Shown: positions 8,408 to 18,927, numbered from the stretch's first letter. The stretch: DNA of 64,000 bases from Myxococcota bacterium (GCA_036229005.1 JAZAMN010000050.1:42998-106997), one strand, 5' to 3'. Notes: generated from the sequence alone by a model not told the origin. Made by a program: numbers and translations.

Positions 8408-8695
8408 ATGAACAAGAAGGAAATGGCCGCCGCCCTCGCCAAGCGCTCGGGTCTGAGCCAGGTCAAGGCCCTTGAGATCCTCAACGCTGTCTTCGACGCC
8501 AGTGACGGCGTGATCGCAGCCGAGCTCAAGGAAGGCAACAAGGTGACCATCCCCGGCTTCGGTACCTTCGGCGCCAAGATGTCCGCTGCTCGCACGGGCA
8601 CCAACCCCTCTTCCGGCACCAAGATGGAGATCCCCGCCCGCATGCGCGTGCGCTTCACCGCCGGCAAGACCCTCAAGGAGACCGTCGCCGGCTGA
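8408..8695 (+). CDS. hup: HU family DNA-binding protein
   Basis: Motifs MNKKEMAAALA, VTIPGFGTF, ARTGTNP and FTAGKTLKE. GGAG Shine-Dalgarno. Confidence 0.95.
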   Translation: MNKKEMAAALAKRSGLSQVKALEILNAVFDASDGVIAAELKEGNKVTIPGFGTFGAKMSAARTGTNPSSGTKMEIPARMRVRFTAGKTLKETVAG

Positions 8696-8720
8696 GCCGA
8701 CCGACGTTCTGTTTGAACTG

Positions 8721-8750
8721 GACCCGGCCTCGGCCGGGTCTTTTTCGTTT
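8721..8750 (+). terminator. Rho-independent terminator after hup
   Basis: GACCCGGCC-TC-GGCCGGGTC perfect inverted repeat followed by TTTTTCGTTT. Confidence 0.85.
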
Positions 8751-8815
8751 GGGCCCGGTGCGACGCTTGCGTGCGAGCCCGCGGCCTCCTAGAGATCCCG
8801 AGAAGGGAGTTCTCC

Positions 8816-9130
8816 GTGAAGCACCGCATCCCCCACGACCTTGGACAAGAGCTGGCCCGCAAGGCCACCCAGCGCGCACTCGAGACCTACCGGGACGAGT
8901 TCCCCGAGGTCGAGCCCGAGGGCCGCTGGCTGTCGCCCGACCGCGCCGAGATCGCCGTGACGCTGGCCGGGAAGCGCCTGCGCGCCAACCTGGATGTCCT
9001 CAAGGACGCGGTGGACATCGACATGGACGTCCCCCTGGTCTTCCGCCCCTTCCGAAAGCAGGCCATCGCGGTCATCGAGAAGGAGATCCTGGTCTGGATC
9101 GAGAAGGCCCGTCGCGGAGAGTTGGACTAA
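8816..9130 (+). CDS. Polyhydroxyalkanoic acid system (PHA_gran_rgn-like) protein
   Basis: 104-aa protein MKHRIPHDLGQELA...VPLVFRPFRKQAIAVIEKEI. GTG start with GGGAG upstream. Confidence 0.65.
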   Translation: MKHRIPHDLGQELARKATQRALETYRDEFPEVEPEGRWLSPDRAEIAVTLAGKRLRANLDVLKDAVDIDMDVPLVFRPFRKQAIAVIEKEILVWIEKARRGELD

Positions 9131-9149
9131 ACTGGCCTTGGAGGCACCG

Positions 9150-9770
9150 ATGTCCCTGCGCTGGACCCCCCTGGCCGCTGCGCCGCTGATGCTCCTGGGC
9201 GCCCTGGTTGCGTGCCAGAGCGACGACCCCTTCATCGAGGACTCGGACACCCAGGTGGAAGAAGAGGGGCCGGACACTGGCTACCTGGAGGTGGGCTGGA
9301 TCGGCACCTGGTCCTCGGAGTTCGAGGGGCAGCACACCTTCTACGCCTACGACCGCATGATCGGGGAGCACCTCTGCCTCTTCCGGTGGACCACCACCCC
9401 CATCCTGGACTCCGAGGGCGTGCTCGCGCTGGGCAGCACCTGCGGGGACGACGGGGACGAGGACTGCGGCTTCGAGTTCGTTCAGGAGGTCGAGTACAGC
9501 GACGGCACCCTGATGACCGACCCCTACACCGGGGAGGTCACCGACTGCAGCAGCTTCAACCTCAGCGACGGCTCGGCCCTTGGCACGACCCGCAAGTTCG
9601 CGTACGAGGAGACCCCCGCCAGCAGCCCGGACCGGGGTGTGTTGATGCAGTACTACGACGATCAGGACGACCTGACCCCTGGCTGGTACGAGGTCGCCTA
9701 CGCCGACTACAACGCGTCCCTGGACGAGATCACCTACGAGCGGGCCTACGCCTACTATCAGTGGCCCTGA
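9150..9770 (+). CDS. Hypothetical acidic lipoprotein
   Basis: GGAGG SD, lipobox LVAC after a hydrophobic stretch, and an Asp/Glu-rich body with paired Cys. Confidence 0.75.
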   Translation: MSLRWTPLAAAPLMLLGALVACQSDDPFIEDSDTQVEEEGPDTGYLEVGWIGTWSSEFEGQHTFYAYDRMIGEHLCLFRWTTTPILDSEGVLALGSTCGDDGDEDCGFEFVQEVEYSDGTLMTDPYTGEVTDCSSFNLSDGSALGTTRKFAYEETPASSPDRGVLMQYYDDQDDLTPGWYEVAYADYNASLDEITYERAYAYYQWP

Positions 9771-9791
9771 GCGCCGCGGGGGGGAGGGAGC

Positions 9792-10568
9792 TTGCCCGAG
9801 CTGCCTGAAGTCGAGGTGATGACCCGGAACCTGCGCCGCTGGCTGAACGGCCAGGAGCTGCGTTTGGAACTGGTCGACCCGCGCCTGCTCAAGGGGGAGC
9901 CCCCCCAGGATCCGCAGCGCGTGGTCCAGGTCCATCGCCGGGGAAAGTACAGCTTCATCGAGCGGGAGGCGGACACCTGGGTGCTGCACTTCCGGATGAC
10001 CGGAAAGGTCGTCCCGGCCCGGGAGGGGGGAAAGGTGAGGGCCCGTCTGCTGACGGACACCGGGGCCTACCATTTCCTGGATCAGCGCTGCCTGGGGGAG
10101 CTCCATGTCTTGCCCCCTGGCGCCAGCGAGGCCTTTGAGGCCGGCTTGAACCTGGGCCCTGAGCCCTACCCGCAGCGGCAGAGCGGGGCCTGGTGGCGAG
10201 AGCGCCTGTCGGGGCTGCGGGGCGCCATCAAGCCGGCGCTGATGCGGCAGGACCGGGTCGCGGGCCTGGGGAACATCGCCGCGTCGGAGATCTGCTTCCG
10301 GGCCGGGGTGGACCCGCGCCGACCGGTCCCCGATGTCCTCGCTTGGGACGGGATCGCTACAGAGGCGCACGCATTCCTGCACGAAGTGGTGGACCTGGAG
10401 GGGCAGGGGGATGAGATCCAGTACATCAACTCGGACCCGGACGCGCGGAACCCCTTCGCGGTCTATGGGCGCGCCGGAGAGCCCTGCCTGCGCTGCGGGG
10501 AGGGGATTGAGCGCATCGTCCAGAGCGGTCGGTCCAGCTTCTACTGTCCAAGCTGCCAGGAGGGCTGA
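9792..10568 (+). CDS. mutM: Fpg/Nei family DNA glycosylase (formamidopyrimidine-DNA glycosylase)
   Basis: MPELPEVE, RRGKY, HFRMTG, H2TH motif AGLGNI, and zinc finger CLRC...RSSFYCPSCQ. TTG start. Confidence 0.9.
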   Translation: MPELPEVEVMTRNLRRWLNGQELRLELVDPRLLKGEPPQDPQRVVQVHRRGKYSFIEREADTWVLHFRMTGKVVPAREGGKVRARLLTDTGAYHFLDQRCLGELHVLPPGASEAFEAGLNLGPEPYPQRQSGAWWRERLSGLRGAIKPALMRQDRVAGLGNIAASEICFRAGVDPRRPVPDVLAWDGIATEAHAFLHEVVDLEGQGDEIQYINSDPDARNPFAVYGRAGEPCLRCGEGIERIVQSGRSSFYCPSCQEG

Positions 10569-10571
10569 GTG

Positions 10572-12074
10572 ATGCTGTGGACTTGGCTCGCGTTGAGCGC
10601 CTCAGCCCTCGCGGAGCCCACATCCGCGGTGAGCGTCGATGGCTGGACCTGGCCGCAAGGCACGGTACGCACCTTCCACCTGGAGAGCCTGGAGGTGGTC
10701 CCGGGACCCTGGCAGATCCGGCAGCGGGGCGGCCTGCAGTCCGCGCGCACCAACAAGGTCCGCAGCGAGTTTGTGCTCCAGTGCACCCCGGTAGACCAGA
10801 CCCCGCGCGCCTGGGAGCTGGAGTGCGAGGTGCTGGACGCCGCTTTCATCGGGACCCCGGTGCTGGCGGAGGACCCCCGAGTGCTGGAGACCGTGCTGGG
10901 AACCTTCGCGACCCTGGCCGAATCGGGGACCGTCGACATCACCATGGGGCGGGACGGCCGGGTGCTGTCGGTGGACCTGGACGGGCTGAACCAGGAGGAC
11001 CAGGCGGACAGGGCGATCGTCGAGTGGATCCGCCTGCGCCTCATCCTGGCGCTGTCTGGGCTGGACGTCGGGCTGCCCCCGGCCGGCGTGGATGGGTGGA
11101 CCCAGCGGGACCACCTCTGGGCGATGTCTCCCTACACCTCCGCCATCCGCGGGGGCATCCGCGTGGAGAACAGCCTCCAGGACGAGGCAGGCCTCACGCT
11201 GATCACCAGCAAGGCCCAGGGGACCCTCTCCCTCAGCAACAGCACGGCCGCGCTGGAGCTCAACGGGCTGTGGAAGCTGCAAGGGGGATCGCAGCTCACG
11301 CTGGACCGGGAACAGGGGGCTGTGGTCTCCGGGAGCTGGGCGCTCGTCGGGCTGCCCACCGCGTCCGCCGGGGTCATCGAAGGGGACCCCTACCTGCTGG
11401 GCGGCAGCATCCGAATGGTCGGGCCGAATGAGCCGGTGCCCACCGCGGGGCCTTCGGGGCTCTGGGGGGACCACTTCGAACCAGGAGAGCCGGAGCGGGC
11501 GCTGGTGGCGCTCCAGGTCGAGCTCGACGACAGCTACGACGAGGCCGGCTTCCGCTCAAGGCCCTACCTGTGGGCGCAGGTCGGCCCCACCTACCACTTC
11601 AAGGACCTGCGCGAGAACCCGCTTGGCGCCGGTGTGACGGTCGGCTTGCGTCTCCCCCTCGCGATCTCGGTCGGTGTGGGCGCTCAGTGGGACCAGGCCG
11701 CCCGCTTCCGCTCCCACACCTGGATCGAAGAGGAGCGGCAGCTCTACGGCGGGCTCTGGTACGAGAGCAACTACCGCATCACGCCGCGGGTGGGGATCGA
11801 GGCTGGTGCCAGCCACCGCAGCTTCTCCGAGCCGGGCTTCCCCGAGGTCTGGATGCCCTTCTTCGCGCTGGACCTGGGCCTGCAGTGGCGCCCATTGCCC
11901 AGCCACTGGCTCAGCATCCACACCCGCGCGCCCATCGAGCTTGGCTACCTGGAGATCACCGACAGCCGCGGGAACGCCTCGTTCGCCGACAAGACCTCCT
12001 GGGTGGTGCAGCTCGCGTGGACCGTGAAGCTGACCGGTCGCAAGGACCAGGAGCCGGTGCCGCGGGGCCACTGA
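10572..12074 (+). CDS. Secreted hypothetical protein with a probable C-terminal beta-barrel-like domain
   Basis: Signal peptide ending ASALA. The last ~190 aa have alternating aromatic/hydrophobic strands. Confidence 0.6.
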   Translation: MLWTWLALSASALAEPTSAVSVDGWTWPQGTVRTFHLESLEVVPGPWQIRQRGGLQSARTNKVRSEFVLQCTPVDQTPRAWELECEVLDAAFIGTPVLAEDPRVLETVLGTFATLAESGTVDITMGRDGRVLSVDLDGLNQEDQADRAIVEWIRLRLILALSGLDVGLPPAGVDGWTQRDHLWAMSPYTSAIRGGIRVENSLQDEAGLTLITSKAQGTLSLSNSTAALELNGLWKLQGGSQLTLDREQGAVVSGSWALVGLPTASAGVIEGDPYLLGGSIRMVGPNEPVPTAGPSGLWGDHFEPGEPERALVALQVELDDSYDEAGFRSRPYLWAQVGPTYHFKDLRENPLGAGVTVGLRLPLAISVGVGAQWDQAARFRSHTWIEEERQLYGGLWYESNYRITPRVGIEAGASHRSFSEPGFPEVWMPFFALDLGLQWRPLPSHWLSIHTRAPIELGYLEITDSRGNASFADKTSWVVQLAWTVKLTGRKDQEPVPRGH

Positions 12075-12094
12075 GTCCAGGGCCGCTGGGTCCT

Positions 12095-13117
12095 TCAGTG
12101 CTGGGCGGCCAGCATCCCGCAGGCGCTGTTGCTCTCTGCGCCCACCGAATACCGCCGCACGATGGGGACCCCCAGGGTGGAGAGCCCGTCCCGGAAGCGC
12201 TCCAGGGCCTCGGCATCCAGCCGGGAGTAGCCGCCCTCGCGGGGGTCGTTCACGTCGATCAGGTTGATGCGCACCGGCGTGTCTCGGATCAGCGCGCGCA
12301 GGGCCTTTAGCTGCTCCGGGGTGTCGTTCACGCCAGCCATCATCACCCAGGCCAGGGTCACCCGGCGCCCCGTTCTGGCGTGGCGCTCGCGCAGCGTGTC
12401 CATCAGCTCCTGGACCTTCCACTTTCCGGCCACAGGCATCAGCGCCCGCCGCTCCTCCTGCAGGGCCGAGCTGAGGCTCACGATCAGCCGGTAGGGCTGG
12501 TCTTCCTGGGTGTAGCGCCGGATCTGGGGCACCAGACCCACGGTCGAGATGGTGATGGACTTTGCAGGGATGCGGCCGCCATCAGGGGCCGAGAGCCGCT
12601 GGGCTGCGCGGATCACCGCGTCGTAGTTGTGGAAGGGCTCGCCCTGTCCCATGAACACCGCGCCCGTGACCCGCCCGGGGGCCTCGTCCCGGATCTGCAG
12701 CCAGCAGCCCACCATCTCCCAGGCCTCCAGGCTGCGGGTGAGTCCCAGGCGTCCGGTCGCGCAGAAGTCGCAGCGCATCGCGCAGCCCACCTGGGAGCTC
12801 AGGCAGACCGAGAAGTGGCCGGGCTTGGCCAGAGGGATCCGCACCGCCTCCACCACCTGGCCGTCGTGGAGCTCAAAGAGCGTGCGGACGCTCCGGTCCA
12901 CGGTGTCCTCGACGGTGCGCAGGACCTTGGGGCGCTCCAGGGAGTAGGTGTCCAGGAGGTGGGCCCGCAGTGTCTTGGACAGGGGGCGCTTCATCCCCTC
13001 CAGATCCCGATTCCCGTGGGAGATCAGGTGGGAGAGGGCGCGACGGGCCTCGGACAGGGTGCAGCCCACCTCCAGGACGAGTTGCTCGGGGCTTCGATCC
13101 AGGAGCGATGGGCGCAT
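12095..13117 (-). CDS. rlmN: RlmN/Cfr family radical SAM RNA methyltransferase
   Basis: VCLSSQVGCAMRCDFCATG (CxxxCxxC), FMGQGEP, ISTVG, GVND and SACGML. Confidence 0.85.
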   Translation of the reverse strand: MRPSLLDRSPEQLVLEVGCTLSEARRALSHLISHGNRDLEGMKRPLSKTLRAHLLDTYSLERPKVLRTVEDTVDRSVRTLFELHDGQVVEAVRIPLAKPGHFSVCLSSQVGCAMRCDFCATGRLGLTRSLEAWEMVGCWLQIRDEAPGRVTGAVFMGQGEPFHNYDAVIRAAQRLSAPDGGRIPAKSITISTVGLVPQIRRYTQEDQPYRLIVSLSSALQEERRALMPVAGKWKVQELMDTLRERHARTGRRVTLAWVMMAGVNDTPEQLKALRALIRDTPVRINLIDVNDPREGGYSRLDAEALERFRDGLSTLGVPIVRRYSVGAESNSACGMLAAQH

Positions 13118-13138
13118 GCGAGGTCTCCAGGGCGCCGG

Positions 13139-13441
13139 CTAACCCGCTGCGCCGTCCACCCAGGCGTCGATCTGTCGGGCCATGCGCAGATCGAGCTCGG
13201 AGACGCCCCCGGCGTCGTGGGTGTTCAGCAGGATCTCCAGGCGCCCGTAGCAGTTGCTCCACTCCGGATGGTGGTTCATCTTCTCCGCGAGCATCGCGAT
13301 TCGGGTCATCAGCGAGAACGCGGCGTAGAAGTCGGGGAGATCGAGATCCCGCTGGATCGCCCGGCCTTGTCGGCAGAGCCGCCAGTGGGGGAGGGTGGCC
13401 ATCTCGGCCTGCAGGGCGTCGGGGGGGAGGGCTGCGGGCAT
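13139..13441 (-). CDS. phhB: Pterin-4-alpha-carbinolamine dehydratase
   Basis: Motifs AEKMNHHPEWSN and THDAGGVSELD. Confidence 0.92.
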   Translation of the reverse strand: MPAALPPDALQAEMATLPHWRLCRQGRAIQRDLDLPDFYAAFSLMTRIAMLAEKMNHHPEWSNCYGRLEILLNTHDAGGVSELDLRMARQIDAWVDGAAG

Positions 13442-13494
13442 GGGGGCTCCAAGGGGGTCTTGTCTTCTAGCAGGGCGCCGTGCATTGTGGCTGC

Positions 13495-14286
13495 ATGATC
13501 GCGCTGTTGTTGCTCTTGTCCCCGAGCGGGGGCTCGTCCCCGGACCCCGTGACCGTCCACCAGGAGTGGTCGGAGCTACGGCCGGTGCTGGTAGAGCACT
13601 CCAAGAGCACCATCCCGGAGCTGAGCCCCGCGCAGGTCAAGGACCTGGTCCAGGGCAAGCGCCTGGGCATCCGCCTGGAGCAGACGGGGGAGGTCGACGG
13701 CGCGATGGGCGTGGCCTTCATGCCCCTGGACACCGAGGCGGTCTGGATCGGCGGCCTGGACGACAAGCACGCGCAGCTCGCGGCCGGGCTCACGGAGGTC
13801 TGGCTGCCAGGGACGAACCAGGAGCGCAAGATCCTCTACCAACACCTCGACGTGCCGGCCCCCTTCGCGGACCGCCACTGGGTCGTGCACATCCGGAACA
13901 ACCAGGCGCTCTTTGGCGCCAGCGAGGGCAGGATGTGGGAGCGGTACTGGGAGCTTGACCCGCGCCCCCTGGAGGAGTGCCTGGCCGAGCTCCCGGAAGA
14001 GCCCGTCTGGTTGGATGGCGAGACGCTGACCACGCCCGTCAACCGGGGGAGCTGGAGCGTGCTGCCCGTCAGCGGTGGCGTTGTGGTCCTGTACGAGGTG
14101 CACACCGACATCGGCGGCCCGGTGCCCGAGGAGCTGATGGTCCGCTTCGCGATGATGAGCCTGGAGTCCTTCATGGACAAGCTGCAGGAGCTCGGCGCGC
14201 GCGCCCCCAGCCACTACGCCGAGGACCACTTCATCATCCGGCGGCCGGACCTGAGCCCCATCCAGCCGGGCTCGCTGCAGCAGTAG
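13495..14286 (+). CDS. Exported START/SRPBCC-like lipid-binding protein
   Basis: Hydrophobic N-terminus. START-like motifs YQHLDVPAPFADRHWV, GSWSVLP and TDIGGPVP. Confidence 0.6.
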   Translation: MIALLLLLSPSGGSSPDPVTVHQEWSELRPVLVEHSKSTIPELSPAQVKDLVQGKRLGIRLEQTGEVDGAMGVAFMPLDTEAVWIGGLDDKHAQLAAGLTEVWLPGTNQERKILYQHLDVPAPFADRHWVVHIRNNQALFGASEGRMWERYWELDPRPLEECLAELPEEPVWLDGETLTTPVNRGSWSVLPVSGGVVVLYEVHTDIGGPVPEELMVRFAMMSLESFMDKLQELGARAPSHYAEDHFIIRRPDLSPIQPGSLQQ

Positions 14287-14290
14287 GCGC

Positions 14291-15013
14291 TCAGCGCTTG
14301 GTGGCGGTGACCAGCAGAGCGCCCTTGTACTTGTGCGCCCAGAGTCCGGGCTCAACGTCCAGGCTGAAGCCCTGGGCCTCCAACAGCGCCTGCGCGCGGG
14401 GGAGCCGGAAGGTCAGGTAGTACATGTGGAAGGGGGGTGAGCGCACCGCGTTCCGGGCGTGGATGGCGGCGTTGAAGGCCCGCGCGGCCCACACGCGCCA
14501 GGACAGGTTGTCGGGGGCGCCCGAGGTCACGAAGAGGAAGCGGCCGCCAGGCTTGAGGGCGCGGTGCACCTGTCGGACAAAGCGCTCTTCCTGCTCGCCC
14601 TCCAGGATGTGCCCGAAGGCCCCAAAGCAGGTGACCACGTCGAAGTGGTCCTGGGGGAGCGGGTGCTCCAGCACGTCGCCCTGCTCCAGGGAGAAGCGGG
14701 CGTCTCCAGGGGCGCTCTCCAGGCGCTCGCGTGCCTGCTCCAGCATCCCGGCGCTCAGGTCGACGCCCAGGACCTCCTGGGAGCAGCGCTGCTTGAGGTG
14801 GGCCAGCGCCGCCCCGGTCCCGCAGCAGAGGTCCAGACCCCGGGCCACGCCGCCCGGCGGCCCGATGTGCTCGGCGACCACCTGGAGGATGTCTTCGGGG
14901 GTGCGGAAGGGGGTGAACTCGAACTTGGGCGCCAGCAGGTCGTAGCCGGCGGTGGTCTCGGAGAGGGCCTGCTCTGCGAGCTCGGCGAGGCTGGGGCCAT
15001 TGGGATGAAACAT
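14291..15013 (-). CDS. Class I SAM-dependent methyltransferase
   Basis: Motifs GLDLCCGTG, GVDLSAGML, FDVVTC and LKPGGRF. Confidence 0.9.
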   Translation of the reverse strand: MFHPNGPSLAELAEQALSETTAGYDLLAPKFEFTPFRTPEDILQVVAEHIGPPGGVARGLDLCCGTGAALAHLKQRCSQEVLGVDLSAGMLEQARERLESAPGDARFSLEQGDVLEHPLPQDHFDVVTCFGAFGHILEGEQEERFVRQVHRALKPGGRFLFVTSGAPDNLSWRVWAARAFNAAIHARNAVRSPPFHMYYLTFRLPRAQALLEAQGFSLDVEPGLWAHKYKGALLVTATKR

Positions 15014-15159
15014 GCACAGCTCCTGGGTCTCAGACGGGCTCGGAGGGCAGTCTATTGCGGCGCCGGCAGGAGATGGGGACGGGCGAGATCCCGGGGTGCG
15101 TGTTATGCGGCGAGCCCGGCCACGACGGCCCCAAACGCCCCCACACCCGAGAGAGGTTC

Positions 15160-15696
15160 ATGGCCAAGTTCAGGATGGTTTGCCCCAAGTGCGGCTCCCA
15201 CAACCTGGATCTGGAGCGTGACTACCGCGGCAGCTCCGCGCGTGGTCCGCATCAGGTGCAGCTCCACTGCTTCACCTGCGGCAAGGTCATCTACGGGGAG
15301 AAGGCCGTCCAGGCCGAGTTCGACCGTCAGCGTGAAGAGTGGGAGGCCACCTCGCGCACCCCCGCCCTGGTGGAGCGCAGCCGGCCCAAGCCTGTCCCGC
15401 TGGTCCGCCCCGTGGTCGACGCCGCCCCCGCAGCTCCCGCAAAGTCCGCGCCCGAGCAGGCGCCGGCGCCCGAGTCCAAGGCGACCCCGGTCGCGCCGGC
15501 TGACGGCAGCACCCCCGAGTGGTGGAGCTGGCCCCACAACGAGATCACGGTGGACCACGCGCCGCAGCCTCCGGGCTGGGAGAAGTGTGCCTGGGAGAGC
15601 TGCCGCAAGGGGCGCCGTCCCCGCAGCAAGTATTGCTCGCGCAACTGCAGCAACAAGAACGCCCGCGCCCGCCACGCCAAGCGGACCAAGGACTAG
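15160..15696 (+). CDS. Hypothetical protein with two zinc-binding modules
   Basis: GAGG SD. N-terminal CPKC...CFTC ribbon, Pro/Ala linker, and C-terminal CAWESC...KYCSRNC followed by a basic tail. Confidence 0.75.
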   Translation: MAKFRMVCPKCGSHNLDLERDYRGSSARGPHQVQLHCFTCGKVIYGEKAVQAEFDRQREEWEATSRTPALVERSRPKPVPLVRPVVDAAPAAPAKSAPEQAPAPESKATPVAPADGSTPEWWSWPHNEITVDHAPQPPGWEKCAWESCRKGRRPRSKYCSRNCSNKNARARHAKRTKD

Positions 15697-15730
15697 GCAC
15701 GCTCCCCCAGAGTGGGGATGACGAGCTGTG

Positions 15731-15760
15731 AAGGGGCCTCCTGCAAGGGGCCCCTTTCCT
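15731..15760 (+). terminator. Possible terminator hairpin
   Basis: AAGGGGCC...GGCCCCTT inverted repeat with a short T run, downstream of 15696. Confidence 0.45.
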
Positions 15761-15791
15761 GTTACATTGGACCTCCCAACCCCGGTGTCCA

Positions 15792-17315
15792 ATGACCCTG
15801 CTCCCCTTGCTCGTCGGTGCATCCGCCGCCGCCCCTCTGGACCCGGCCTTCGAGGCTGCGGCGAGCGCACACCAGGTGCCCCCCGAGCTACTGGTTGCGC
15901 TGGCCTTCGAGGCGAGCCACTTCGACGCCCAGGCGGCGAGCGCTTGGGGCGGCTACGGGCTCTACGACTTCCGGGAGGACGAAGAGAGCTTCGGGCCGGG
16001 CATCGAGCGGGTCTCCATCCTCCTGGGGGCGTCCCCGGACGACATCATCGACAGCCCCGAGCTGCAGATCGAGGGCGCCGCGGCGCTGCTGGCCTGGCAC
16101 GCAGAGGCGCAGCTCGGCGCGCTCCCGGACCCGGACGACCTGGAGGCTTGGGCGCCCGCGGTCGTGGCGTTCTCCGGGCGGCAGGAGCCCAACCTGCAGG
16201 GGCTCTTTGTCAGCTACATCTACGAGCTCATCGCGGAGGGCATCTACACCGACAGCGCGCGGCTGACGCCCCATGAGCACGTGCACCCGCAGCAGGCGCT
16301 GGCGGAGCTGGATGCGGTGATGACGCCGCCGCCTGCGACCACGGACTACGCGGGCGCGGTGACCTTCACCCAGGCGCACAGCAGCAACTACAGCGACTAC
16401 AGCCGCGGCGCCTCGGACATCAACTACATCATCATCCACACGGTTCAGGGTAGCTACTCCGGGTGCATCTCCTGGTTCGCGAACTCCGCGGCGAACGTCT
16501 CGGCCCACTACGTGGTCCGCAGCTCCGACGGCCAGATCACCCAGACCCTGCTCGAAGAGGACGTCGGCTGGCACGCCGGCAACTGGACCTACAACGAGCA
16601 GTCTGTCGGTATCGAGCACGAGGGCTACGTCGACGACCCGGGCAAGTGGTACACCTCCGCCATGTACGAGGGCTCGGCGCAGCTCACCGCTGACATCGCT
16701 CGGCGCAACGGCATCCCCCTGGACCGCTCCCACGTCATCGCCCACTACGAGGTCCCCAGCGCGACGCACACGGACCCGGGCAGCGGCTGGGACTGGTCGC
16801 TCTACATGGAGCTGGTTGGCGGTGATGCGCCCGTCGCCAGCGCCGAGATGCTGGGTGTGGTCGCGGACGGGGACATCCACTCGGGGGAGCGCCTCGTTGG
16901 CGCCAAGGTGACCCTGCAGGAGACCGGAGAGACCGTCACCGTGGACTCCGACGGCTACTACCACTTCGAGGGGCTGACGGCCGGCACCTACACGGCCACT
17001 GCCAGCATGGCCGGCTTCACCTCGGGCTCCTGCACCAAGGACGTGGAGACGGGGAGCGGCCAGTGGTGGTGCTCCATCGCGCTGGAGCCCGGAGAGGACC
17101 CCCAGGACACCGGGGAGCCGCAGGACACCGGCGGCGCGGATGACACGGGGCTCGAGCCGCAGGACAGCGGGCTCGTTGCGCCTCCGGGCGGCCCAGGTGT
17201 GCTCGAGGGCATGCCTACGGGGGCTTGCAGCACCCAGGGCTCCAGCGGCGGGCTCGCGGGCGGACTGCTGGGACTCGGCGGTCTGGCCCTGCTCATGCGT
17301 CGGCGTCGTCGCTGA
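15792..17315 (+). CDS. N-acetylmuramoyl-L-alanine amidase (Amidase_2) with N-terminal lysozyme-like domain, carboxypeptidase-regulatory-like domain and MYXO-CTERM tail
   Basis: Amidase motifs IIIHT, SAHYVV, WHAGN, GIEHEG and HTDPG. C-terminal GACST...GLLGLGGLALLMRRRRR. Confidence 0.88.
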   Translation: MTLLPLLVGASAAAPLDPAFEAAASAHQVPPELLVALAFEASHFDAQAASAWGGYGLYDFREDEESFGPGIERVSILLGASPDDIIDSPELQIEGAAALLAWHAEAQLGALPDPDDLEAWAPAVVAFSGRQEPNLQGLFVSYIYELIAEGIYTDSARLTPHEHVHPQQALAELDAVMTPPPATTDYAGAVTFTQAHSSNYSDYSRGASDINYIIIHTVQGSYSGCISWFANSAANVSAHYVVRSSDGQITQTLLEEDVGWHAGNWTYNEQSVGIEHEGYVDDPGKWYTSAMYEGSAQLTADIARRNGIPLDRSHVIAHYEVPSATHTDPGSGWDWSLYMELVGGDAPVASAEMLGVVADGDIHSGERLVGAKVTLQETGETVTVDSDGYYHFEGLTAGTYTATASMAGFTSGSCTKDVETGSGQWWCSIALEPGEDPQDTGEPQDTGGADDTGLEPQDSGLVAPPGGPGVLEGMPTGACSTQGSSGGLAGGLLGLGGLALLMRRRRR

Positions 17316-17842
17316 TGTGGTTGCTGGTCCTGTCGGCCTGCGCCGGCAAGCGGGAGCCGCAGGTCGAGCCCCCGGTGTCCTCGGGACAGCACGTCAGCGT
17401 TGAGCTGCCAGCCGCCGCCGCAGAGCCCGAGGTGGTGAGGATGCGGGCTGTTCTGGACGCCGCGAACCCCTCCTTCCAGGACTGCTATGCGCAGGCGCTG
17501 GCGCGGGATCCCAGGCTCTTTGGCGAGGTCACGCTGCGGGTCGTGCTGGACGCGCAGGGCGGGGTCTCGGAGTCCTCGGCGGTGCTCTCCACCCTCTCGG
17601 ATGCGCAAGCGGTCGCGTGTGTGGAGGGTGTGGTCGCGGATCTGAGCTTCCCGGCACCGAGTCGCACCCCTCTGGCGATGCGGTATCCGGTCGTGTTCAC
17701 CAGCTCTGCGACTCCACCCGAGGTCCGCAGGGCGCTGATGCTGAACAATGGCCTGTTGACCCTGGAACAAGAAGAGGCCGCCTTGGAGAAGGCGGCCTCG
17801 ACGGGGGAGCCGGTTGAGGGGGACTGGGTCCAGACCTGGTAG
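17315..17842 (+). CDS. AgmX/PglI (TonB C-terminal-like) domain lipoprotein
   Basis: ATG overlaps the upstream TGA. Lipobox MWLLVLSAC and domain FQDCYAQALARDPRLFGEV...ACVEGVVADLSFPAP...YPVVF. Confidence 0.8.
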   Translation: MWLLVLSACAGKREPQVEPPVSSGQHVSVELPAAAAEPEVVRMRAVLDAANPSFQDCYAQALARDPRLFGEVTLRVVLDAQGGVSESSAVLSTLSDAQAVACVEGVVADLSFPAPSRTPLAMRYPVVFTSSATPPEVRRALMLNNGLLTLEQEEAALEKAASTGEPVEGDWVQTW

Positions 17843-17869
17843 GGCGAGAGACCCCAGGGGGCGCGGAGC

Positions 17870-18748
<879 letters not shown>

Positions 18749-18783
18749 TGAACGTCTCCTTCGGGTGGCTCGGGTCCATTGAC

Positions 18784-18800
18784 AGCAAGTCGCGTGCCAG
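18784..18800 (-). promoter_or_regulatory. Sigma54 (-24/-12) promoter of the sigma-70 gene
   Basis: Minus strand reads CTGGCACGCGACTTGCT, which matches YTGGCACG-N4-TTGCW exactly, 35 nt upstream of the ATG. Confidence 0.8.
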
Positions 18801-18927
18801 GGTTGGCCCCAGGCGCGCCGCGACGGGCTGTCAATCCCATGTGATGCCTGTTTGGGTCCGATGCTGAGCAGGAGTTGCGACATCCATGTCGTGGTGGTCG
18901 TCCAGCTCGCGGCGGCAGCTTTGGCAG

